A stretch of 64,000 nt of DNA from Paraspadella gotoi (lineage: Eukaryota; Animalia; Chaetognatha). The translations under genes and the position numbers were made by a program. Below, piece after piece: positions 42,973 to 53,620 of the stretch; position 1 is the first letter of the stretch; every line of letters begins with the position of its first letter. Under the pieces are notes generated by a model. It was not told the origin of the DNA, did not search any database, and saw nothing but the letters and a program-made list of their open reading frames with translations. Location of the stretch: positions 18,755,581 through 18,819,580 of the forward strand of contig CM119264.1 in assembly GCA_051294375.1 (NCBI GenBank), given 5' to 3'.

Positions 42973-44309
42973 GACAGGGACGCTGGTGTATTGATGCTCC
43001 ATGGAATAAACCAAGAGCGGACCTCGATGACGGCGACGACGTGGAACGACGACCACGGCGAGGACGAAGATGCGGGAAGGCAAAGTCGACGAGAAGCGAC
43101 GTAAACCAAAAACAAAAACAGAGATAGAGGACGAAAGGGCGCGGCGACGTTGCGAGGGCGGAGGGGCGACGGCAGACGACGGTGGAGGGACACGGCAGAC
43201 GACAGTGGAAGGAGGGAGTGGAGATAGAAAATATCGACGGAAGAGACGATGATAGAAGAATCGGGACAACGCCGTGATGACGTCTCATCGTCGTAAGTGC
43301 GCTGTTTTCGAATGAACTCGTCTCTGATTCCGTCGCAGTCAACTTCGTCGATGAATCCGGGTTGGGTTCGGTCGAGAGTCCGGGCAGTTGCGAGGAGCGA
43401 CCGGATTGGGAGAAGGGATCCGAACAGTCGACTGGAACAGATTTGGACAGGAGTTGACATCGTCTTCAAATCCTCGTCTCGAGTTTCGATGCCGATCGCG
43501 TTTCTCTTCAAACTTTCTCACGCGGATCTCGGCTTTCGATTCCACTTCGACCTCGAGAGACGAAACCTCGACTCCGGAGCGGCCGATTCGGTCGCCGTGA
43601 CTTCCGTTTTTTTTCGCGCCGCTCTTGACTCGGTTCACGTGACTCTTGGTTTCGGCAGCCTTGTTTCTCGTTCTGTTCAACGTGACTCTTCCCTCGTCTC
43701 CGGAGACGGATCGCGTCGACTTCGAGTCTCGTCACGCGATTCGAAACCTCTTCACGTGATTCCGCCCTTGATCACGCGACCTCGAAGTCTCGTCACGTGT
43801 ACTCGCAGGTGAAGTCGCGCGATTCTTTGTCGGAGGAAGACCGACCGCTAATGGAACCCGGTTTTTACGACGTCCGCCGTTTGCTTCGGTCCCGGGAAAA
43901 CGTGGGGAAGAAAAGGGGAGACGATGGGTTAAGTGGGGGAAGAGGAGGATCTTGTTTGGGGAAGGAGAGATCCAAAGGAGCGGGAAGAGAATTTAGATGT
44001 AGGGATTGGGGAAGAAGGGAAGGAAGCGGAGGAGGGGAGAGTGAGATGGGATGCGAAGGAGTTGGGAATCAAAGGTAAATGGGCGTGGCTTTTGGCGCAG
44101 CATATGAGGAGATTAGGTGCGAGGGGGCGTCCTGGAAAAGTCAGCCGTTCCGCGGTTTTGTGGTCGAAGCGAATGGGGCGCAAGTAGGGCGTAGTGCTCG
44201 GAGTTGTCAGCGGCGGCGGAAGCGACGGCCTTGACCCCGGCGAACGTCGGCCTCGGGCACGTGGCGAAGTGGGCGCGACGTCCAATTACAAAGTCGACCG
44301 CGACGCCAT
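42973..44309 (-). CDS. Redundant copy B of IgSF exon 1 (LTR-bearing copy), frameshifted by indels
   Basis: Near-identical to 50080-51430. ATG at 44309. Frames are fragmented in the ORF track (42884-44285). Confidence 0.65.
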
Positions 44310-44704
44310 TTGGCCCGCGAGCGACGAAAACAAAAGGGGAATTCGGACGTCGAAAGTCGACGCAAAGCGTCAGAGCAAACCGAGACGCTGAGTGGATCGA
44401 AAGCAGTTTCTGGGTTCAAAAAGAGAGAAGGGGAGTGAACTGGCGATGTGGATCCAGGAACGCGAAGGAGATTTTTACAGTCACTAATCCCCTTATGATA
44501 GGAAATAAGATGCGAGCGAATCTGATCGTGTCCTCGATCTTTGCCAACGACGTTAAGCCTGTAATAAAAAGTAGGGGACGACTTTTTTATGTTAAATAGA
44601 TCAATTATTAGGCGTAGAAAAGGTTAAAATAAATAATACGTTAAAATATTTACGTTAAGTGTTAATTTTCTTGCTGTTTATAATCGCTATTAAAATTATT
44701 TGCT

Positions 44705-45075
44705 TGCTTTTGGAAAAGCTACAAACTTCCTTATTTGGTTTATGATTAAAAAGCAATAGCTTTTGCAAAAGCAAACGATTGCCTTATTTGGCGTTTTGGT
44801 GCGCGTGTTGGCTTTTAGTTGGGCAAAATGACCTTATTAGGAAATTTTAAAAACAACAGTAGCTTTTGGAAAAAGCAAATTAGCTTTGGGAAAAGCTATA
44901 CATTTCCTTATTTGGCACTTTAAAAGGCGTGTTAGCTTTGGGAAAAGCTAGATATTACCTTATTTGGGCATTTTTAAAGGTGTTAGCTTTGGGAAAAGCT
45001 AGATATTACCTTATTGGGCATTTTAGAGGCATGGTTAGCTTTGGGAAAAAGCTAGACATTACCTTATTTGGGCAT
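44705..45075 (+). repeat. About 52-bp tandem repeat in LTR U3 (4 good plus about 3 degenerate units) carrying CArG boxes
   Basis: Units start at 44881, 44933, 44984 and 45036 with palindromic TAGCTTT-GGGA-AAAGCTA. CCTTATTTGG occurs at 44729, 44782, 44906, 44958 and 45062. Confidence 0.85.
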
Positions 45076-45158
45076 AAAATTTAGCAAATTAGAAAAGCAA
45101 AATTTTGGCTCTTTTAGAAGCAAAATATTGGCTATTTAACAGCAAGATCTTCATTCTA

Positions 45159-45188
45159 GTCACGTGACCAAATTGAGGGCTATAAAAG
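45159..45188 (+). promoter_or_regulatory. LTR core promoter: E-box GTCACGTGAC followed by TATAAAAG
   Basis: GTCACGTGAC at 45159-45168 and TATAAAAG at 45181-45188, located between the U3 repeats and the hairpin array. Confidence 0.6.
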
Positions 45189-45246
45189 CAAGAGCGTTCA
45201 GAGCATCAAGGGGAGTCACATACGTCCCTCCTTGAAAGCTAGACTC

Positions 45247-45430
45247 CTCTGACAATAGTCAGAAAAATAAAAAGGTGGATAAAAACTCTGACAATAGTCA
45301 GAAAAACAAGAAGGTGGCTAAAAACTCTGACAATAGTCAGAAAAAAACAAGAAGGTGGCTAAAAACTCTGACAATAGTCAGAAAAATAAGAAGGTGGTTG
45401 AAAACTCTGACAATAGTCCGAAAAATAAGG
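45247..45430 (+). repeat. 39-bp tandem repeat x5, each with a TCTGAC-AATA-GTCAGA hairpin
   Basis: Units at 45247, 45286, 45325, 45366 and 45405; the fifth is truncated and has one stem mismatch. Confidence 0.9.
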
Positions 45431-46107
45431 GTCCTTTGGCAGGAGGGCCTGACGGGAAAGGCCTGGAGCGCCTTTAGCATACTGAAGGGACCCTGGAAGG
45501 AACTTAGTGACGGACAAGGGAGTCTTGCTTTCAGAGGGCTAAAGGGCTAAAATAATTAAGTTTACAAGAATATTAAATTTGTTGCTTCCAAAGCTGACAT
45601 TGTCTGGTCAAAAAGTATGGTATATCTAAGTAGAAAAAATAAATAGTACTAAGGTTTTGTAGTAGGGATAGCATTGATTGTACTGTGTAAATTCTTAGCC
45701 AGTTATTATTGATTTTATGTCTATGATTATACTGTGTATGCATAAAGTCTGTGCATTGAACTGTCATTTAAAAAGTAGTTAATAATAAATTAAAGTGTAC
45801 TAATGTATTTTTCTCTCTATTTGTTTCAGGTATAAAGCTTAATTAGCAAAGCTAGTTAAAACACGACCCCCATGGGATAAAAAGAATCCTATAGAAAAGC
45901 TCGCTAGAAAATAAACACTACTGACAAATAAAAACTGAGCTAACCACGGCCAAAACAAAGTGTTTTCATCGGCGAAACTAAGTGTTTTTAATAACGACTC
46001 AGCGTCGCGGCGCCGTGTCGCCGGCCATCTCGAATCTCGGCTCTATCGCATCCATTTTAACCTTACGTCCACCGTACGATTTTACATCCAATAATTTTTA
46101 TTTCATC

Positions 46108-46132
46108 TGGCTCCCAATGTGGGGCTCGAACC
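46108..46132 (+). promoter_or_regulatory. Primer-binding site complementary to the tRNA-Lys(CUU) 3' end
   Basis: TGGCTCCCAATGTGGGGCTCGAACC versus canonical TGGCGCCCAACGTGGGGCTCGAACC (2 mismatches). It includes the CCA complement, so it is not a genomic tRNA gene. Confidence 0.88.
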
Positions 46133-46298
46133 NNNNNNNNNNNNNNNNNNNNNNNNNACATGCATTTTTTGTCCTATACGTTATCATTTCGACGAATCCA
46201 ATTCGAATTCCCTTTCACAATTCTCAGGCTGGGATTCCTCACCCCCTTAACTCACCCAAACCCTCCCCATCGATCGCCGAGACTCCAGCGGAACTTAC

Positions 46299-46414
46299 CT
46301 TGCAGGTAGCGACGGCAGGCAGCCCCTCGTAAAGGTCGAGATTGGGTGGACTGCAGATGGGGACTGTCGTGATGAATAATGTATAGGTTTGAATGTTGCC
46401 GCACATGTAGGACC
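46299..46414 (-). CDS. IgSF gene exon 4 (GSYMCGNIQTYTLFITTVPICSPPNLDLYEGLPAVATCK)
   Basis: (TC)n tract then ccaccag| acceptor and AAG|gtaagt donor. 116 nt, phase 1 to 0. Contains YxC of Ig1 and the B-strand Cys of Ig2. Confidence 0.9.
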
Positions 46415-46456
46415 CTGGTGGGCGGACAGGCGGAAAAAAAGGGCGGGGAGAGAGAA

Positions 46457-46518
<62 letters not shown>

Positions 46519-46727
46519 AGAGAGAGAGAAGAGAGAGAGACGAGAGAGAGAGAAGAGAGGAGAGAGAGAGAGAGAGAGGGGGAGCAAAGAGAGAAAGAGA
46601 GAGAGAGGAATTTAAGTAATGAAAAGCGTTTGAAAGGCCCGTAAAAGTTTTTCCCCCTGTAACCCACTGTTAGAGGAAAGCGAAAAGTTAAAAAAAAGAA
46701 AATGTCTCTCTGTCTTTAGCGCGCTCT

Positions 46728-46787
<60 letters not shown>

Positions 46788-46913
46788 AGGTGGCGAAGTT
46801 GGAAACTGGAAAGGTTGGCAGCGAGGTTTATGCAGAACAGCAGCGAGAAAACTGTAAAGGGGATAAAGGGAGCCTCCGGGGATTATCGATTTAAAGTGAA
46901 AAACTTCACCTCC

Positions 46914-46944
<31 letters not shown>

Positions 46945-47435
46945 CGTTGAGACGACTTTTTTTAAAGTGGGGCTTTAATTTGATTTTCAATCTTTAAGCA
47001 CCCCTCCTTTACCCCAGGCGAAGGTTTCTCCCCGCCCAAATTATTCTTTTATTATTTTTGGTTCCAAAACTGTCAATTCGATTGTTAGTCCACATGTGTT
47101 TCTTTTTTTTTTTAATCCGATAAAAGTTTGATTTCTTTTTTCCTTAACTGGAATCCAATATTTTTTTTTTCTTTTAAAATATTTTTTGTGGTGAACAATG
47201 ATTCAAGTACTTTTCATAAAGCGCCCTATTTCAGTTTAAATTCAGAATTTAGTATGTTTTTAAGTTTAAAGATTAAGTTAGTGGTCAGGGATAGATATTG
47301 AGATTAAAATTAAATTCAAGGATAAGGAAATTAGTTGTTAATGTTTTATAAATAATTATGATCTTTTTTCTAGAATAATGCCAAAATCCAGAACAGAAAT
47401 AAAACAAGGTCGTCGTCCCGCTCGGCCGGACTCAC

Positions 47436-47560
47436 CGGCGTCGCTCGGATCCACGTGTCTGATGACCATCGTGTAGAGATTGTTTTTCCGATCCAACAGG
47501 AAACCGTATTTTTCCTGGTGGGTGCTGGGGTCGTAGGGGGACAACCCGGAGGCCAGGATC
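47436..47560 (-). CDS. IgSF gene exon 3 (Ig1 D-E-F: ILASGLSPYDPSTHQEKYGFLLDRKNNLYTMVIRHVDPSDA)
   Basis: ctctctttttag| acceptor and G|gtgagt donor. 125 nt, phase 2 to 1. V-set signature YTMVIRHVDPSDAG. Confidence 0.9.
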
Positions 47561-48406
47561 CTAAAAAGAGAGAGAGGGGGAAAGTATAGGAGCGTGGAGC
47601 TCGGGCCAACTGGATTGTGTTGATGTCGTTTACGGGCGACCAAGGGGAAAGTGAGGCAAGAGTTCTGCGTTCTATGCGACCCGAGGGTCGTTGTTGTACT
47701 GATTGTCCTAGATAGTGGTAGTTGTCGTTGTCTCAACAACGAATTTATTCATAAAAAAAAAGGTTAGACTTGGAGGAAAGAAAGAAATAAAGAACAACTA
47801 AGGTTCGAGAAAAAGAAGAACGAAAGGTTTCGACTTTAGGTTGAAAGGCGCAAAAAAAATCTAGGGTGAGGAAAAAAGAAAAAGAAAATTTCTTGGAAAG
47901 TCTCAAAGCAGAATCGTATTAAGAAAGAGAGAAAAGAAAGTACAAAGCAAGAGAAGCCAGGAAAAATGTTTAAAAAAATAAAAAAAAGGAAAGTTCCTGA
48001 CAAAAAAAAAACGGGGGGAGAAGAAAGAGAAAAAAACTAGGAAGGGCCCGATAAGAAGAAGCGACGTTAATGGTCTTGAAAAAGATTGCGCGGCGGCTGC
48101 TACGGCGGCGTCGGCTGCGTCGGAGGTGCCGGCTACGTCGACGGCAGCACCGGCAACTCTAGGACGGATGAGGGTATAAGAGAAGGAGAGTCGTGGGTAG
48201 CGAGGTCGGCGAGAAAACTGATTCACTTCACTTTTTTTTTCTTCGTCTTTTCAATTTGTTCTCAATTCGCTCCGTCGAAGATCGAACCGAAGGTTTTGAC
48301 ATTTTTTAAACCCGAACGAAATATTTTAAAGCTAATTCAAGTTTTTATTTTTTTAGGAAAGACTTTATAACTCTTTCATAACAACTTAGCTTAACATGAT
48401 AATGTT

Positions 48407-48466
<60 letters not shown>

Positions 48467-49188
48467 CGAGAGAGCGAGAGAGAGAGAGATCAAGACCCCG
48501 GATTCTGGAGGCTTAGAAGGTCGCTTCTCTCTCAACTCCATTTGTCTCAATTATTCGTGTTTTTGTCAAAAGACTCGGTTCGTCGCGAAGTGGATTCCCG
48601 GCGGAGATGGGGGTCACGAATCGATGAAGTCTCACAAAATCGGTGACAAATCACGCGGTTCTGATTCACTGAGAGATGACCCAACGATTCGTTCGTTCAG
48701 CGCGTCGCTGTTTTCATCGCTTGTCTCCCGAGTTTCACACCACCGAACATCACGCCCTTTCCCCGTCTCACTCCTAAGGCAGACCTTTTTAAATAGCGTT
48801 CTCACCGATCATCATTATGTATTACACCCTGACGCTCGAATCCTTTCAAGATTAACTTTCACTCATTTTTATGCTAAGATCATCGCTCGCTCTCTCTACT
48901 TTATTTTCCGCCGCCGCAGCCGCTATCTCTGCCTTTTCATCGAAGGCGTTACCTTCGCTGAGAAATTTCACTGTTATCGTGAAAATTGTTTTTGGCTCAG
49001 CTTACGCACCAGGCACCAGACATACAAGGTATGCTGAGTCAATACTGAGATTCCAGCCCACCTCTCACAACGTCTGCCTCGCCAGGGGCGCTGCTGTCAT
49101 CGCCTGCGATACATGGTTCGATTTCTTTTATTATTTATAACCGCACTTTTTCCCCTTCGACCTGAAAGCCTAGAGTTCCTTTTTATCT

Positions 49189-49242
<54 letters not shown>

Positions 49243-49831
49243 ATATTTCTATATTTCTCTCTTTCTCTCTTTCTCTCTTTCTCTCTCCTTTCTCTCTATA
49301 TCTCACTCGACAGCGAAGGAATTTTCTCAGGTGTTGTTGTTCAGAATCAACTCGTTAGCTTCACTTTTACTTCCCCATCTATTTTAACTTTCTCTCACTT
49401 TTTTACTTACCATCCTTTTGCTCTCTCAACTCCTTTTCAACTTAAATTCTAAAGTTCTACTCAATTTCGCGTTTTCCCCATTTCTCTCTACTGCGCAAGG
49501 GCGCATTTACATTGTACGATGTACATCATTTCATTGACATCCTTTATTCACCTTCTATTCCCATTTTTCCGGTTTTTCTTTAACTTCAACGTCACCCTCA
49601 ATTTTGAACTCCATCCGTTCTACTCCTTACTCTCAGCTCCACCGTCCTTTCTCTTCCCTCTCCACTTTGGCACGATCCTTGCCGAGATGATTTATGATCG
49701 CTAATTGTTTCGACGCTTTTTCTTTTATTAAACGCACTTTTCTTACAAGAGACAATCAGCAGCAGCTTCCGCGCGTCGCACTGCTTTTTCGCGCCGTCTT
49801 TTGATATATATATCTTTTTTTTAAATCAGAC

Positions 49832-49910
49832 CTGTCGAAGACGGCGTTGTCTTTCAGCTTGATCCAAATGGCGGGATTGTCTGATATGCAGGAGAAGTGA
49901 ACGTTAGCCC
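49832..49910 (-). CDS. IgSF gene exon 2 (Ig1 B-C strands: GANVHFSCISDNPAIWIKLKDNAVFD)
   Basis: Polypyrimidine tract ...ttttctccgtag| acceptor and AG|gtctga donor. 79 nt, phase 1 to 2. Contains the conserved Cys and Trp. Confidence 0.88.
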
Positions 49911-50079
49911 CTACGGAGAAAAAAAAAGGAGGAGAAAGGAGACTCTTCTAAGAATAATGGTACAAAGATATTTAAAATTACTCATTTCAATTACTCAAAA
50001 TTCATAATAAACCATTTATCAAAGAGAGAAATAAGGCTATCCCCACAAATTGACATCGTTTCCATTCGCCTCCACTGAC

Positions 50080-51430
50080 CGACAGGGACGCTGGTGTATT
50101 GATGCTCCATGGAATAAACCAAGAGCGACCTCGATGACGGCGACGACGTGGACGACGACCACGGCGAGGACGAAGATGGCGGGAAGGCAAAGTCGACGAG
50201 AAGCGACGTAAACAAAAACAAAAACAGAGATAGAGGACGAAAGGACGCGGCGACGTTGGCGAGGGCGGAGGGGCGACGGCAGACGACGGTGGAGGGACGA
50301 CGGCAGACGACGGTGGAAGAGGGAGTGGAGATAGAAAATATCGACGAAGAGGACGATGATAGAGAATCGGGACAACGCCGTGATTGACGTCTCATCGTCG
50401 TAAGTGGCGCTGTCTTCGAATGGAACTCGTCTCTGATTCCGTCGCAGGCAACTTCGTCGATGAATCCGGGTTGGGTTCGGTCGCGAGTCCGGGCAGTTGG
50501 CGGAGGAGCGACCGGATTGGGAGAAGGGATCCGAACAGTTCGACTGGAACAGATTTGGACAGGAGTCGACATCGTCTTCAAATCCTCGTCTCGAGTTTCG
50601 ATGCCGATCGCGTTTCTCTCAATTTTCTCGACGCGGATCTCGGCTCTCGATTCCACTTCGACCTCGAGAGACGAAACCTCGACTCCGGAGCGGCCGATTT
50701 CGGTCACGTGACTTCGCGTTTTTTTCGCGCCGCTCTTGACTCGGATCACGTGACTCTTGGTTTCGTCGGCCTTGTTTTTCGTTCTGTTCACGTGACTCTT
50801 CCCTCGTCTCCGGAGACGGATCGCGTGACTTCGAAGTCTCGTCACGCGATTCGAAACCTCGTTCACGTGATTCCGCCCTTTGATCACGCGACCTCGAAGT
50901 CTCGTCACGTGACTCGCAGGTGAAGTCGCGCGATTCTTTGTCGGAGGAAGACCGACGCTAATGGAACCCGGTTTTACGACGTCCGCCGTTTGCTTCGGTC
51001 CGGGAAAACGTGGGGGAAGAAAAGGGGAGACCGATGGGGTTAAGTGGGGGAAGAGGAGAATCTTGTTTGGGGAAGGAGAGATCGCAAAGGAGCGGGAAGA
51101 GAATTTAGATGTAGGGATTGGGGAAGAAGGGAAGGAAGCGGAGGAGGGGAGAGTGAGATGGGATGCGAAGGAGTTGGGAATCGAAGGTAAATGGGCGTGG
51201 CCTTTTGGCGCAGCATATGAGGAGATTAGGTGCGAGGGGGCGTCCTGGAAAACGTCAGCCGGTTCCGCGGTTTTTGTGGTCGAAGCGAATGGGCGGCGCA
51301 AGTAGGGCGAAACGTGCTCGGAAGTTTCAGCGGCGGCGGAAGCGACGGCCTTGACCCCGGCGACGTCGGCCTCGGGCACCGTGGCGAAGTGGGCGGCGAC
51401 GTCAATTACAAAGTCGACCGCCGACGCCAT
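50080..51430 (-). CDS. IgSF gene coding exon 1 (best copy): long Pro/Ser-rich and basic N-terminus, hydrophobic signal/anchor segment, start of Ig1
   Basis: ATG at 51430 in CAAGATGGCG context. Open for 450 codons +1 nt to donor G|GTCAGT at 50080/50079 (phase 1). Matches ORF-track 49991..51454. The true start could be an internal Met (50572 or 50395). Confidence 0.75.
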
Positions 51431-53553
51431 CTTGCCCGCGAGCGACGAAAACAAAAGGGAATTCGGACGTCGAAAGTCGAACGCAAAGCGTCAGAGCAAA
51501 CTCCGAGACGCTGAGTGGATCGAAAGCAGTTTCTGGGTCAAAAAAGAGAAGGGGAGTGAACTGGCGATGTGGATCCAGGAACGCGAAGGAGATTTTACAG
51601 TCACTAATCCCCTTATGATAGGAAATAAGATGGCGAGCGAATCTGATCGTGTCCTCGATCTTTGCAACGACGCTTAAGCCAAAGCCGCGCTCAACGATTC
51701 GCCGATTCCTTTGGTGATTGGCCTGTGGTTCCCTCGGTGATTCGTTCGGTGATCGCACCGGTGATTCGTTTCGAAATGTAAGTCTTTCACTTTCGAGTTG
51801 CGCCGCCGGCGATGAATCACTCGCATCGTTGGATTGCCGAAAAACGAATTCTGAGAAAAAGGGAAAAAAATCGATGTTTAAAGTTCAAAAAAGTTCAGTT
51901 TCACTAAAACCTAGAAGAAGAAAATTTATCGCATATAAATCTCTGATTTCATCAATCAAATAGGAAGACAGAATAAAAAAATATAAAAATTCTAAAAAGC
52001 GGAATCGAAAATCGAAAATCGAGTTTCACGTCGCAAAACGGAATTTGGGATTCGCTCGTTGCGTTTGCGAGATTGAGAATCGCGTTGGATGGAATGAAAC
52101 CGGAAGTTAAATGAAGAAGGACCGGAGGTTGGAGTGAAATAGATCCAAGCTTTGTTGGAACGAGCGCAGACAACTGAACAATTTTATGCTTCGTAAAATA
52201 AATCAGGTTCTTGAAGACTTGAAAAATATTAAAATAAGGAATTGTACAAAAAGGAAAACTACCCAAAATGTTAATATATGGATTTGTGGAATGGTTGTAT
52301 TTTTGTATGGCATGAGATAGGGAGATGGATAGAATCCCTTTAGAGAGTGAATGGAGCAAAACCGAAATGTGGATGGAATGAGACCGAAAGCAGATGAAAG
52401 CCGCAAATGACGCCTTCGACGCGGAATATCAACCATCTATGATGCGTGAGAAGAGAGAGAAGGAAACGAGGAAGGGGAAGATATGAGGATAAAAGAAAAG
52501 AGGGAAGGGAGGATGGAATAAATGCAGAGAGAAATACAATGAAATGAATAAAATAGGTCGGTCGGAATGAGGGGGAAAGAAAGAGAAGAGACAAAAAAAA
52601 ACAAAAAAACAGTTGAACGTTAAACTTAAAGGGTAACTGAGTTAAAAGAAGCTTGATTGGCGCCAAGCGTTTTAAATTTAGATTAGAGAAAATGTGGACG
52701 AAATTGTGGGGGAGGACTGAAGGAGGGAGAGACGAATAAGAGGAAGTACGAGAGCCGGAGAGATAAACAGAAAGTTAGTGACCCGTGGGGGGGGGGTCGC
52801 GGGGTGAGGGAGGGAGGAAACCGGAACGACGAAAAGCTTGGGGAGAGAAAGTCGGTTTGTGCTTCTAACCAAATTGGAAGGCTTCACCGCGGATCTTGAG
52901 TCGTTTTCGAGAAGAACCAAAAAAAAAAAATCTGATGGAATCGCCCAATTAGGGAAATAGAGGAGGAAAATGTTTGGCAAAAAAGTGCGAAGGGCAAGCC
53001 GCAGGCGGCCGGATCAGGGCGGAAGGGGGGGGGTCAGGGATGACTGGGGACTGTGAGGAGTAAGAGAAGGTAATGGTGAAAGAATGACGACTGAAAGGCA
53101 AAGTAATTCCCGAAAATGGGGCTGAGATTGAGCGAACAAAAAGTCGAAAAGAAGAGGAAAGCCTCCGTGTTTCCGTCACGAATTCGAGAGAAACTGAAAA
53201 GAGTCGATGATTCGAACAGAAAAAAAAAAAGCGAAGATTGAAAGAAAAAAGATTAAAAGAAAAAAAAAACCCCGAGAATTTTCGCGACTAAAAACATCGG
53301 CGATGAACATCGGAGACACTGGCGACCCCGCGGCGACGACGGTAAATGGAGAAGCGGAGACGCGCGACCGAAGCGGGTAAAAAAAGTGGAGACCCTCTGG
53401 CGGCGACGAACCTAAATATAATCGACTTCATCCAAACTCAAAGGAAAAGAGAGAGATCGAAACGAATATTTTAAGCTATTTCAAGTTTTTATTTTTAGGA
53501 AAGACTTTATAACTGTTGCATGAACAACTTAGCTTAGACATGATAATAGTTAC

Positions 53554-53620
<67 letters not shown>

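Larger units (their letters stand above)
44560..46105 (+). mobile_element. 5' LTR (1546 bp) of an LTR retrotransposon, probably Ty3/Gypsy; internal region lost at the gap
   Basis: Begins exactly where this copy diverges from the empty-site copies (51680 and about 57108). Termini TGTAATAAAAA...TTTTTATTTCA (TG...CA, 10/11 inverted match). Has a TATA box and AATAAA signals, and a PBS 2 nt downstream. Confidence 0.88.
39058..51680. repeat. ~5.5-kb direct duplication (39058-44559 = 46158-51680) separated by the LTR and a 25-N gap
   Basis: Collinear near-identity across exons 1-4 and their introns. Confidence 0.92.

Noticed and set aside
44553-44560. piggyBac insertion at TTAA
   Set aside because: The breakpoint is 3 nt after TTAA, and the insert has TG...CA ends with a PBS rather than CCY...RGG terminal repeats.
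45247-45430. CRISPR-like array (palindromic repeat with regular period)
   Set aside because: The intervening sequences are near-identical rather than unique spacers, there are no cas genes, and it lies inside a eukaryotic LTR.
46108-46132. tRNA-Lys gene on the minus strand
   Set aside because: It includes the CCA complement and sits 2 nt after an LTR end, so a PBS is the simpler explanation.
48997-49161. Minus-strand VEGEKVRL segment resembling an Ig A'-B strand after ctttcag
   Set aside because: A stop or AT-rich noncoding sequence follows immediately, and Ig1 is already complete without it.
49991-51454. Intronless 487-aa protein as given by the ORF track
   Set aside because: A phase-1 donor at 50080 joins exon 2 to build an Ig domain; the last ~29 codons are intron read-through.
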